From the NCBI GenBank assembly GCA_965226375.1, contig CBDDCX010000008.1:576001-640000 (forward strand): 64,000 nt of DNA, in the 5' to 3' direction. The translations under genes were made by a program, and so were the position numbers. How positions within the stretch are numbered: the first letter of the stretch is position 1; each line of letters begins with the position of its first letter. Origin of the DNA: Longimicrobiales bacterium (GTDB lineage Bacteria > Gemmatimonadota > Gemmatimonadetes > Longimicrobiales > Gaopeijiaceae). The notes beneath the pieces are model-generated. The model did no database searches and was not told the DNA's origin. It was given only the letters and a program-made list of their open reading frames with translations. Below are positions 1 through 9,343 of this stretch, in pieces.

Positions 1-525
1 GAAGCGCCGGATCACGTAGCGGTAGAACCCTCTGCGTGTCGTTTGAGATGTGGCTTCGAGGGCTTTCCGGGCTTCTTCCCATACCCGGGCCGTGGCCTCT
101 CCGGATCCCGGACGTACCTGGCAGCGTCGACCGCCCTGGACGGTCAGTCCCGCCAGGACGATGGCTTCCACGGGTATTTCCAACTGGTAGGTCACCGTCT
201 CCAAGCCCCGCACGCGGATGAGATCCGAGCGGACGCTGGTGTGCCCGATCCGGTCCGCCCTGAGCCGATAGGCACCGCCACTCTCGAGTGGAAAGCTGAA
301 GCGGCCCAATGGGTCAGTGAGTCGCCAGGCAATCTGGGAGTCGGTCTCGTCGAGCAGGACTACGGCGGCACCGTCCACCGGGGTACCGATGGTGGCCTCG
401 ACCAGCGTTCCGTGGATGGCTTGGGCATCGAGCGAGGGCGCCGAACATACGATCCGGGCCGTGATGAGACCCAGGAAAAGCACTCTCATGACGTGGGGTG
501 CGCGTAGCGTTGGTCGTGTCACCAT
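1..525 (-). CDS. Secreted protein with carboxypeptidase regulatory-like (CarboxypepD_reg) N-terminal domain; runs off the window edge
   Basis: Own translation of the minus strand, open to position 1: MVTRPTLRAPHVMRVLFLGLITA...AQAIHGTLVEATIGTPVDGAAVVLLDE...LTDPLGRFSF...GAYRLRADRIGH. Alternative start at 489. Confidence 0.7.
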   Translation of the reverse strand, partial: MVTRPTLRAPHVMRVLFLGLITARIVCSAPSLDAQAIHGTLVEATIGTPVDGAAVVLLDETDSQIAWRLTDPLGRFSFPLESGGAYRLRADRIGHTSVRSDLIRVRGLETVTYQLEIPVEAIVLAGLTVQGGRRCQVRPGSGEATARVWEEARKALEATSQTTRRGFYRYVIRRF

Positions 526-604
526 CCGGGCACCTCAGATCCTCAAGGGTGTGAATGCCCGCTTTCGTACCAACGGGTCCACGTGAGGGGTCCCCTTGCG
601 TCCG

Positions 605-621
605 TTGGCATCAGCCTTGCA
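605..621 (+). promoter_or_regulatory. Sigma54 (-24/-12) promoter
   Basis: TTGGCATCAGCCTTGCA: GG-N10-GC, close match to TGGCAC-N5-TTGCW, intergenic and ~200 nt upstream of the S9 peptidase. Confidence 0.55.
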
Positions 622-821
622 ATAAGGCATCCCATGGATGTCATCCTTCGAGCACAACCTGACAAAGGTACGCTTTGGCGGTGGGTGTCGCGATCTCCGG
701 TCTCGCTGGGTGTCCAAACTCCGGTTCTTGAGGCAAGTGCCTACGCCACATACTTTTACTGGCCGAACGTCGATCGGCGTGAACATCCACGGCCCGCTAC
801 GGGATTGAGAGGGAGATCATA

Positions 822-2930
822 GTGAGGGCAATCCCGAGCGGTGCTACCGGTCTGATGGTCTTGCTTTCGGCATTGGGGACGCTCACTCCCCTCGTTGGCC
901 AGCAGCGTGGCTTCCAGCCCGAGGATTACTACGACATGGTGACGGTGCGTGACGTGGCCGTGTCGCCCGCCGGAGATCTGGTGGCCTTCACGCTGACCCG
1001 CGTTCTGGAGGATGAAAACCGGCGGCAACGCGAGGTCTGGATGCAGGAGCTCGAAAATGGCCGTCCGGACGGTGAGGCGTATCGGTTCACTGACCCGACC
1101 GAAGACTCCCACTCGCCCATCTGGTCCTTCGACGGGTCTCTCCTGTCGTTTACGTCGGAGCGGGGTGAGGACGAAAATTCGACGTGGTTCGTGCGGGTCA
1201 CGGCGAGGGGCGGAGAGGCGTTCCATATCGACGGAGTACGGGGCGATCCGGTATGGTCTCAGGACGGTCAGTGGATCGCTTACCTGGCCAAGCCCGAGGG
1301 GTCATCGACAGAGGAGCGGGAGGGTTGGGTCGCCCCGGACGCATACTCCAACACCGCCGACCGCGAGCGTTTCGACGGACGGGTGATCACCTCCACACGC
1401 TATAAACGTGACGGCACGCTCACGCTGCGACCGCACCCGTCCGTGGAGGACGCCGCGGAGTTGCATCTGGTCTCGGCCGAGGGCGGTGCCCCGCGTCGCT
1501 TGACGGAGCTTCCGTTCGACAAGTCGGGCGCACGGTGGTCGGCCGACGCTCGCACCCTGTTCTTCACGGGAGATGAGCTCCAGAACGACGAGACCAACCA
1601 AGATCTCACTCAGGACATCTGGGTCGCGCGCGTTACCGACGGGTCGGTGACCCGGATTACGAACAATCCGGGCTCGGAGACTTCGCCAGCGCCCTCTCCG
1701 GACGGGGGGCGATTGGCCTTCCAGTACACGGCGGAGCGGGGAGCGCCTCAGGACCTCATGGTCGTGGACATCGGAGCCGGTGGCCGCTTTACGGGTGTGC
1801 CGGTCAACTTGACGGCGGACTGGGACCTTGATCCCGGGCCCCCGGAGTGGACCTCCGATGGCACCGGAATCCTCTTCGAGGCGTCCATCGGTGGCGATCG
1901 TCACCTCTTCCGGGTCCCCGCATCCGGTGGCCCAGTCACGCAGGTGACACGCGGCGAGCGACGACTCAGTGACGTCTCCTTCTCGGAGAGGGGTCACATC
2001 ATGGCCTACGCGGCCACGGACGCCGTGTCACCCACCGAACTCTTCGTCGCGAGGGGTGACGGGACCGGTGAGCGGCAGGCCACGACGCTCAACCAGGATT
2101 GGATGTCGGACGTCACTTTGGTGGCTCCTGAGCGACTCACCTGGACCGTGGGCGACAGCGTGCAGGTTGAGGGCTGGGTCGTAAAGCCGGTGAACTACCA
2201 GGCGGGACGGAAGTACCCGCTGATCCTCAAGATCCACGGAGGTCCCCATGGAGCCTACGGGAACACTTTTTTTCCGACATTCCATGTCTTGTCTTCGGCC
2301 GGGTTCTTCGTCCTCTACTCCAACCCGAGAGGATCGAGCGCGTACGGGCACGACTTCAAGTACGCCACGCGAGGCCAATGGGGCGTCATGGATAGTGAGG
2401 ATTTTCTTTCGGGCGTAGACGCGGCGCTGGCGAAATACCCCGACGCCGACGCCACCCGGCTCGGGGTCTCGGGCGGGAGCTACGGTGGCTTTATGACCAA
2501 CTGGCTCACTGCGACGTCGGATCGTTTCCATGCGGCGGTAACGTCTCGCTCGATCTCCAACTGGGAGAGTTGGTGGGGCTCGTCCGACGCCCAGGGCCTG
2601 ACCCGGTACGAATTCTATGGAGAGCCGTGGGAGCGGCGGGATCTCTATCGGCGTCTCTCGCCCATCTCATACGTAGAGAACGTGACCGCCCCGACGCTCA
2701 TCATCCACAGCGAGAGCGACTTCCGAACACCCATCGGGGACGGGGAGCAGTGGTTCATGGCTCTGAAGAAGCTGGGAGTGCCGGTGGAGATGGTGCGCTA
2801 CCCGCGGTCCTCCCACGGGCTTTCCCGAACCGGGGAGCCGTGGCTATTGGTGGATCGGTTGGAGAGGATCCAGAGCTGGTTTCGTCACTGGCTCGTTGAA
2901 GAAGCGCCGGCCATCACCTTTGAACCTTAG
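822..2930 (+). CDS. S9 family peptidase (acylaminoacyl/dipeptidyl peptidase-like) with signal peptide and beta-propeller
   Basis: IHGGPH, NPRGS, nucleophile motif GGSYGG, acid in SESDFR, His in RSSHG; PD40-like WSxDG repeats. Confidence 0.93.
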   Translation: MRAIPSGATGLMVLLSALGTLTPLVGQQRGFQPEDYYDMVTVRDVAVSPAGDLVAFTLTRVLEDENRRQREVWMQELENGRPDGEAYRFTDPTEDSHSPIWSFDGSLLSFTSERGEDENSTWFVRVTARGGEAFHIDGVRGDPVWSQDGQWIAYLAKPEGSSTEEREGWVAPDAYSNTADRERFDGRVITSTRYKRDGTLTLRPHPSVEDAAELHLVSAEGGAPRRLTELPFDKSGARWSADARTLFFTGDELQNDETNQDLTQDIWVARVTDGSVTRITNNPGSETSPAPSPDGGRLAFQYTAERGAPQDLMVVDIGAGGRFTGVPVNLTADWDLDPGPPEWTSDGTGILFEASIGGDRHLFRVPASGGPVTQVTRGERRLSDVSFSERGHIMAYAATDAVSPTELFVARGDGTGERQATTLNQDWMSDVTLVAPERLTWTVGDSVQVEGWVVKPVNYQAGRKYPLILKIHGGPHGAYGNTFFPTFHVLSSAGFFVLYSNPRGSSAYGHDFKYATRGQWGVMDSEDFLSGVDAALAKYPDADATRLGVSGGSYGGFMTNWLTATSDRFHAAVTSRSISNWESWWGSSDAQGLTRYEFYGEPWERRDLYRRLSPISYVENVTAPTLIIHSESDFRTPIGDGEQWFMALKKLGVPVEMVRYPRSSHGLSRTGEPWLLVDRLERIQSWFRHWLVEEAPAITFEP

Positions 2931-2951
2931 CGTCCGACGAGTAGGCCGGGG

Positions 2952-3668
2952 CTAGCCTGACCGCCCGTCCCGAGTCGGATCGGAACCGTGCGGGATCGGC
3001 CGGCCGGGCGGCCGGGCGTCGGTTTGTCCGGGTGCGCGGTGACGTACTCGTCGTAACGACACGCCGTCCCTCATCGCGTCTAGCACCTGTCCGGCCGCGT
3101 CGGGTGCGTGCGCACCCTCGCGCACGAGTCGGCGCAGGGCAGTGGGCACGTCCAGGAGACCGTCGTCTCCCGTCGTCTGAACCAGCGCTTCCCGCATGAC
3201 TTCCATGGCCCGTCCGGCGGGGACTCCGGCCTCCACCAGGTCGCCCATCACCACCAAAGCCTTGGGCGTGCGGGCGCCCGCCTCCCGCCCGATGGATGTC
3301 AATGCCTCGGGCCCTACACCACGACGCAACGCATCGGCCCCCGCAACTACCCATGCCGCCTCCCGCGTTCCGCCCAAGAACCCCTGGGCCCGGCTCATGC
3401 GTCCTGAGTATTCGCGCAGAGCCGGCATGACCCGGGCCACCGGGACCCGCTTCGCGGCTCCCTCGAGCGCCTTGTCGTACAGCGGAGCCGTGGGGATCCC
3501 GTTGCGGCCCGCCTCCGCGGCGAATGCGTCGATCCGTGCCGCGTCTTCCGAGGAGTAGGCCTCTCTGAGGCGGGTGAGCCGATCTTGTCCGGACAGGGCG
3601 CTTGCCCAGCCGACGGCGATGGCCGCCGCCAGGATCACGCTGCCCCTTATTCTCGAATCGTAGATCAT
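2952..3668 (-). CDS. Hypothetical secreted helical protein
   Basis: Signal-peptide-like N-terminus (VILAAAIAVGWASALSG-Q). Alternative start at 3686 overlaps the upstream stop codon. Confidence 0.7.
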   Translation of the reverse strand: MIYDSRIRGSVILAAAIAVGWASALSGQDRLTRLREAYSSEDAARIDAFAAEAGRNGIPTAPLYDKALEGAAKRVPVARVMPALREYSGRMSRAQGFLGGTREAAWVVAGADALRRGVGPEALTSIGREAGARTPKALVVMGDLVEAGVPAGRAMEVMREALVQTTGDDGLLDVPTALRRLVREGAHAPDAAGQVLDAMRDGVSLRRVRHRAPGQTDARPPGRPIPHGSDPTRDGRSG

Positions 3669-3682
3669 TTTGAGTCCCTCCT

Positions 3683-5074
3683 TCATGGGACCACGATGGT
3701 AGCGTTCATTTGTCCCCAATCGTCGCTCACCTGACCCGGTGCTCCTTCGGGCACGAACCACACGTCGTCGACTAGAAATCCGAAGTGGTACGTGCCGGTG
3801 GCCAAGGGAATCTCCAGCACCCAATCCCGGCCGTCACGGGTCATGGCCTGGGGCTCCCAGCCCGAGAAATCACCCAAGACTCCGACACTCTGCGCGTCTA
3901 CGTCCTCCACTCGGAAAAGGGCGGTCGCTCCTCCCGACAGCTCCCCTCCCGACATGGCACCGATGGCCACCACCCGCGTCACTTTCGAGGGACCGAACCG
4001 GACCAGACGGCGGCCAATGGCAAGGCCTCCCTGACCGCCGGGCACGCTTTGTACCAGCGGGTCGGGGCCGGTACGGCCACTGATCAGCTGGGGTTCCAGC
4101 CCCGACTCCAAGGCTTCGACCGCCCGGTCGAGCAGCTTCTGAAGCTCCTCGTTGGGATCGAGCGCCAACTTGGCTTCGGCGGCCGGGAGTTGGGCTCTGG
4201 CCAGGTCGATCAGTGCTCCGAACCCTTTGTCCGTGACCTTATCGGGGCGGATGACGGCCATGAGCGAGACGCTCACCGCCTTGTGGCCGAGCATGATGGC
4301 TCGCCTGAACTGGTGATTCTGGAAGGCCTCTGCCGACGCCGTCGCGAGGCGCGCGGCCGTATCGAGAAGGTGTTGCGTGCGCTCGTCGATCTCGGTGTCG
4401 TTCAGGAGCCTGTTGGCGAGCTCGACGGCCTGCGCCGCCATAGCCACCACCAGTCGGGCACCCTTCTCGGGGTCGACATCGTGACGTCGTGCACGGCTAC
4501 GATCCGTACGCTCGTGCGCGTCCACGGCCCGTCTGCCGGCGGTCGCGTGGTCACCGCGGCTGAGCGCAGCATCGGTTTCGCCCAGCAGACGATCGAGATG
4601 CCTTCGCAGCTCATCGGGGCAATCGAAGTCATCGGTATCGCCATCGGTGAGACGGCGATGGACGTCCCGTGCCCGAGCGATATAGTCGTCCAGGCTCGAG
4701 CGGTCTCGTCCTCGTGAGAGGGCACGGCCCAACGCGTCGCGAGCCTGATTACCCAATGCGCGCACCTGAGCGTAGTTGCTTCTGGTCAACTCGACCCTGG
4801 CCTGACTGAAGAGACTCTGAGCCGTAGAGATTTCCACGGAAGCCGCGGCGGTCATGTGCGCAGTCATGGAGCTGGATACGTCTTCGATCAGAGCTGCGGT
4901 CAGGTCGGGATCCGTGGCCATTTCGATCTCCACGTCCTCTTCCGGAGGCATGGCGTCGAAGCCCGGGTCGCTTGGGGTGTCGGTGCACCCGGCCATATAA
5001 ACTGCCCCCCACAGGAGGAAGATGAACATCAGGAAGCCCGCGGCTCCGCTGCTGGAAGCTGGTGCTCTGTACAT
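3683..5074 (-). CDS. Lipoprotein-like helical N-terminus fused to a C-terminal glycogen-binding (CBM48/AMPK1_CBM-like) domain; possibly chimeric
   Basis: Lipobox MAGC; C-terminal VGVLGDFSGWEP...GTYHFGFLVDDVW...DDWGQMNATI typical of AMPK-beta/CBM48. Confidence 0.6.
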   Translation of the reverse strand: MYRAPASSSGAAGFLMFIFLLWGAVYMAGCTDTPSDPGFDAMPPEEDVEIEMATDPDLTAALIEDVSSSMTAHMTAAASVEISTAQSLFSQARVELTRSNYAQVRALGNQARDALGRALSRGRDRSSLDDYIARARDVHRRLTDGDTDDFDCPDELRRHLDRLLGETDAALSRGDHATAGRRAVDAHERTDRSRARRHDVDPEKGARLVVAMAAQAVELANRLLNDTEIDERTQHLLDTAARLATASAEAFQNHQFRRAIMLGHKAVSVSLMAVIRPDKVTDKGFGALIDLARAQLPAAEAKLALDPNEELQKLLDRAVEALESGLEPQLISGRTGPDPLVQSVPGGQGGLAIGRRLVRFGPSKVTRVVAIGAMSGGELSGGATALFRVEDVDAQSVGVLGDFSGWEPQAMTRDGRDWVLEIPLATGTYHFGFLVDDVWFVPEGAPGQVSDDWGQMNATIVVP

Positions 5075-5227
5075 GGTTGTCTCCTTGTGAACGAAGTGTG
5101 TTTCCTTTTCGAGACTGGGTACTAGACGATTGATGTGTGAGAAGGGTCACATCGGTCGCCGCTCCGGTTGTGGGCCAGCTTCCGAGCCACCACCTTCGCA
5201 CGCCGACCGCAACTTTGGAGACCACAC

Positions 5228-6577
5228 GTGAGCCATCGCTCAGAACCGATGCTGGGATTCTCGCCCGAGGTGTTCCGCACCCGGCGCGAGCGGGCCCTGG
5301 TGGCACTCGGGAACTCGGTGCTCGTGCTTCCTGCCGCGCCCGTAGCCCTCATGTCCCGGGACACACAGCGCCGCTACCGAGCCGACAGCGAGATCTTCTA
5401 TCTCACGGGCGTGGTGGAGCCGGGGGCCTTGGCTGTCCTACGGCCCGGTGGAGACAACGGCGACTTCGTGCTCTTTGTGCGCCCTCGTGACGAAGAAGCG
5501 GAGCGCTGGAGCGGTGCGCGTGCGGGGCCCGAGGGAGCACGGGAGATATTTGGTGCCGACCAGGTCTACGAAATCGGCGAGATCGAAGAGCGTCTCCCAC
5601 AACTGTTGGCCGGTGCGGAGGGGGTGTACTGCCGGCTGGGCGTAGATTCACCCGTGGAACGATCCGTCGTCGATGCGCTCGCGACCGCCCGGAGCCGCGG
5701 CGCACGCAAAGGCCTGGGGCCACGATCCGTGGTGGATCCCGGTGAGATCCTCGATCCGATGCGTCTTGTGAAGGACCTGGAGGAGCTGGACCGGATGCGC
5801 CGGGCGGCTTCCATCACCGTCGAGGCCTTTCACGACCTTGGCTCCGCCCTTCGGCCCGGGGTCGGAGAGTGGGAACTCGAAGCCGTGCTCGACTCCGGGT
5901 TTCGGCGGAGGGGCGCGTGGGGCCCGGCCTATCCGACCATCGTCGGGTCGGGTCCGAACGCCTGTGTGCTCCACTACGTGTCCAACGATCGAAGAGTGGA
6001 CGAGGAAGACTTGGTTCTGGTGGACGGCGGGGCCGAGTTGGACCTCTACGCTGCCGACATCACCCGGACCCTTCCGGCCTCGGGCAGGTTTTCCGACACC
6101 CAGCGTGCCATCTACGAGGTGGTGCTCCGGGCCAACCGGCGGGCGGTGGCCGCTGTGCGCCCCGGAAACACGGTCGCTCACGTCCATCGGGAGGCTCGTG
6201 ACGAGCTGATTGAAGGCCTGCTGGGGATGGACCTCCTCGAAGGGAAAAGAGACGAGGTGCTCGAGGATGAGAGCTATAAGCGCTTCTTTCCCCACCAGAC
6301 CTCGCACTGGCTGGGCCTCGACGTACATGATGTGGGCGACTATGTGTCCGGAGCGGATTCCCGCCTGCTGGAGCCCGGAATGGTCCTCACCGTGGAGCCC
6401 GGCCTCTACTTTCCGGATGGTACCGAGAGTTCGGACAGGGTTCCTTCCGACCTTCGGGACATCGGCGTGCGCATCGAGGATGACGTCCTGGTCACGAACG
6501 ACGGTCACGAAGTGCTGACGGAGGCGCTGCCCGCGGGCATCGAGGAGATCGAGGGTCTCGTGGGAGGTCACGGGTGA
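5228..6577 (+). CDS. pepP: Xaa-Pro aminopeptidase (M24B)
   Basis: YRADSEIFYLTG, LHY, DGGAE..YAADITRT, HWLGLDVHD, TVEPGLY, GVRIEDD; GTG start after GGAG. Confidence 0.93.
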   Translation: MSHRSEPMLGFSPEVFRTRRERALVALGNSVLVLPAAPVALMSRDTQRRYRADSEIFYLTGVVEPGALAVLRPGGDNGDFVLFVRPRDEEAERWSGARAGPEGAREIFGADQVYEIGEIEERLPQLLAGAEGVYCRLGVDSPVERSVVDALATARSRGARKGLGPRSVVDPGEILDPMRLVKDLEELDRMRRAASITVEAFHDLGSALRPGVGEWELEAVLDSGFRRRGAWGPAYPTIVGSGPNACVLHYVSNDRRVDEEDLVLVDGGAELDLYAADITRTLPASGRFSDTQRAIYEVVLRANRRAVAAVRPGNTVAHVHREARDELIEGLLGMDLLEGKRDEVLEDESYKRFFPHQTSHWLGLDVHDVGDYVSGADSRLLEPGMVLTVEPGLYFPDGTESSDRVPSDLRDIGVRIEDDVLVTNDGHEVLTEALPAGIEEIEGLVGGHG

Positions 6578-7467
6578 CACGCTGCCCGGGCGGCTGGGAC
6601 CCGCTTGCCGATTCCTCACGCCTGGGCCTGGTAGAGCGGCTCCACGGGCCGGATCCAATGGTCACGGTGGAGCTTCGGCCTCCTCGCAGCGGACTTTCCG
6701 CTTCCCAGGGTATGGACACGTGGATTGATCTGAACCACTCGATCCGGAATCTGGCGCTCAACGATGTTTTCGTGTTTCTGACGGACGATGCCGTGGGATC
6801 GCGGGAAGAGGAGAATCTGGCCCATCTGGCCTCCAACGTCGGCTCTGACGTGCCTCTTTCCCGACTCATCCCGTTCCTCACCTGCAAGCACACGCTCGAG
6901 TACTGCCTCACCTATGCCGATCGGGCTCACTCATTGGGCTTCGAGGCCATCACCGTGGTAGGGGGCGACGCCTCGGTGGGTGCGCCCCGCTGCGTCCCCC
7001 ACGCATATCTTCTGCGAGAGCAGATCCGCGAGCGTCAACCCACCTTGTCTCTGGGCGGCTGGGCGAATCCACACCGGGACATCGTCGAACAAGTGGACTA
7101 TCTGAGCGCCGCCCACGTCTCTGCGGACTTCTACCTCACTCAAGTAGTGTCACACCACAGCGTGGACCGGGTCGCCGCGTTCCTGGAGGAGTGCGACAAA
7201 CGCAACATGGAGGTTCCGGCTGTCTTCGGTGTCTTCTACTACTGGAGTGCGCAGTCGCAGACTCTGGCGATGCTGAAGGAGTTTTTCCCCGTTCCCGTCG
7301 AGGAACTCACCCGGGAGTTCGACGCCGGCGCCACACCCGAGGAGGTCATGGCTCGGACCTTCAAGGCGCTTCGGGCGGCGGGGGCGGACAAGATCTACGT
7401 GAGCAACCTGGGCCACAAAAGTGTGCGGGATCGTCTTGCGGCAGTGTTGGAGCGTAGCCGGATCTAA
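6574..7467 (+). CDS. Methylenetetrahydrofolate reductase-like (MetF-fold) protein
   Basis: TVELRPP, LTC, VVGGD, WANP, DFYLTQ motifs resemble MetF; adjacent to methionine synthesis genes. Confidence 0.7.
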   Translation: MTRCPGGWDPLADSSRLGLVERLHGPDPMVTVELRPPRSGLSASQGMDTWIDLNHSIRNLALNDVFVFLTDDAVGSREEENLAHLASNVGSDVPLSRLIPFLTCKHTLEYCLTYADRAHSLGFEAITVVGGDASVGAPRCVPHAYLLREQIRERQPTLSLGGWANPHRDIVEQVDYLSAAHVSADFYLTQVVSHHSVDRVAAFLEECDKRNMEVPAVFGVFYYWSAQSQTLAMLKEFFPVPVEELTREFDAGATPEEVMARTFKALRAAGADKIYVSNLGHKSVRDRLAAVLERSRI

Positions 7468-9343
7468 CTAGCGCTTGGCCTCTACTCCGGCCAAGACGGC
7501 CAACGGAGCCTTGGTCCAAGTGGTCAGCCGGAACACTGATGCGGATGCCGGCCACGACGTCCTGAACCTCCTCGAATACCTCTACGGCGATCTGGACGCC
7601 TTCGGCCGAGGCGGCCTCGACACCACGCGCATCGGCGTCTTCCATCCTTTGGAGCACGCCTTTCGGTAGCTCGATGCCCGGCACCTCGTTGTGGAGGAAT
7701 TCTGCTTCTGCGAGTGACGTGAGAGGCCTCAAGCCTACGACGACGGGCACATCCAGATCAGGTGCTTGGGCGAGAAAGTCCTTCAGACGTTGAGGGGCGA
7801 ACAGGGGAGGGGTCACGACGAAGTGGGCTCCGGCATCCGCCTTCCAGCGGAAGCGTCCGATTTCTTGGTTCTGGTCGACCGCCACCGGATTTATCCGGAC
7901 GCCGATAACAAAGCGCGTGGGGCCACCGATTCCGCTGCCGCCCGGATCGACGCCCCGGTTCAGGCCATGGACCACGTTGGTCAGCCCGATCGAATCGATA
8001 TCGAGAACGGCTGTGGAGTCGGGATAGGGCCCGGTCATGGGGGGACGACCGGTCACGATGAGCAGGTTCCGAATGCCACCGGCCGCGGCACCGAGCAGGT
8101 CGCTGATCATGCGAGGCATGTTTCGATCCCTGCACGGGTAGTGAACGATGGTCTCGATCCCGACCTCCTGCTGGATGAGCAGTGCGGCCGGCAGTGCGCT
8201 CATGCGGCTGCGTGCGTGCGGGCTGTCCAGGACGTTCACCGAGTCGGCACCGGCTTCCTGAATCCTCCTGCACTGGTCGAGCATGTCGTCAGGGTTCCAG
8301 CCCTTCGGTGGGATGATCTCCAGACAGGTGACGAATGCGCCCTCCGTGAGTTTACGACCCAAGCGGGAGCGTTCGGTCAGGGGGATCTCTGGCTGCGTGT
8401 CGGGCGCTTGCGTCGCTCCGCCACTCGTCCGCGTCCTGGCCACGGACACCTGGGCACTGGCGACCACCGTCCGAATCTTCCGGATATGGTCCGGGCTCGT
8501 GCCACAACAGCCACCCACGAATCGGGCTCCCGCGTCGATCATGCGTCGAGCGTACTGCGCCATGTATTCCGGGCTGGCCAGATAGATCTTGCGGTCGCCC
8601 ACTGCACGGGGGAGGCCGGCGTTCGGCAGCGCGGAGAGTGGACGATCGGTCACCTGCGCCATGCGTTCCACCGCGTCGAGCATGACCGCCGGCCCCACGG
8701 AGCAATTCAGGCCGATGACGTCGGCCCCCCAGCGCGTGACCTCCGATGCCACGGCCTCCGGTGAGGTCCCGTATGAAGTGCGCCCGTCCTCGCCGACGGT
8801 GATCTGACAGAAGACGGGCAGGTCGGAGCTGCTCCGGATGGCTCGAAATGCCTGCTCCAACTCGTTGAGGTCGCTGAAGGTCTCCAGTATGAATCCGTCC
8901 ACCCCGCCCCCCAAGAGGCCGCTCACCTGTCTGACATAAAGCTCCTGGGCCTCTTCTCTCGAGGTGGGACCGAAGGGCTCGATGCGGATGCCGAGTGGGC
9001 CGATGGCCCCGGCTACGGCGGCGTTTCCGGTCGCGGCCCGGCGGGCGAGCTCCACGGCAACACGGTTGATCTCCTCCGTGCGGTCAGCCAGCCCGTGGCT
9101 GGAGAGTTTGACCGGGTTCGCGCCGAATGTGTTCGTCTCCACGATCTCCGCACCGGCGGCCACGTAGTCCCGGTGGATGGCTTCGACAATGTCCGGTGTC
9201 TCCAGGTTGAGCCCGTCGTAGGAGACGTTGACGAACACGCCACGAGCGTACAACTCGGTTCCCATGGCGCCGTCCATGACGTGGACACGCCCGTCATCGA
9301 TGAGTGCCCGTAGGGCCCCGTCGCCATTGTCCGATACGCTCAC
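7468..9343 (-). CDS. yitJ: Bifunctional homocysteine S-methyltransferase / 5,10-MTHFR (YitJ-like); probable frameshift near the 3' end
   Basis: [28 protein letters not shown], then MTHFR half (EIIPPKG, CRDRN). GTG start at 9343 overlaps the metH TGA. As given, the ORF reads on to 7361. Confidence 0.85.
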
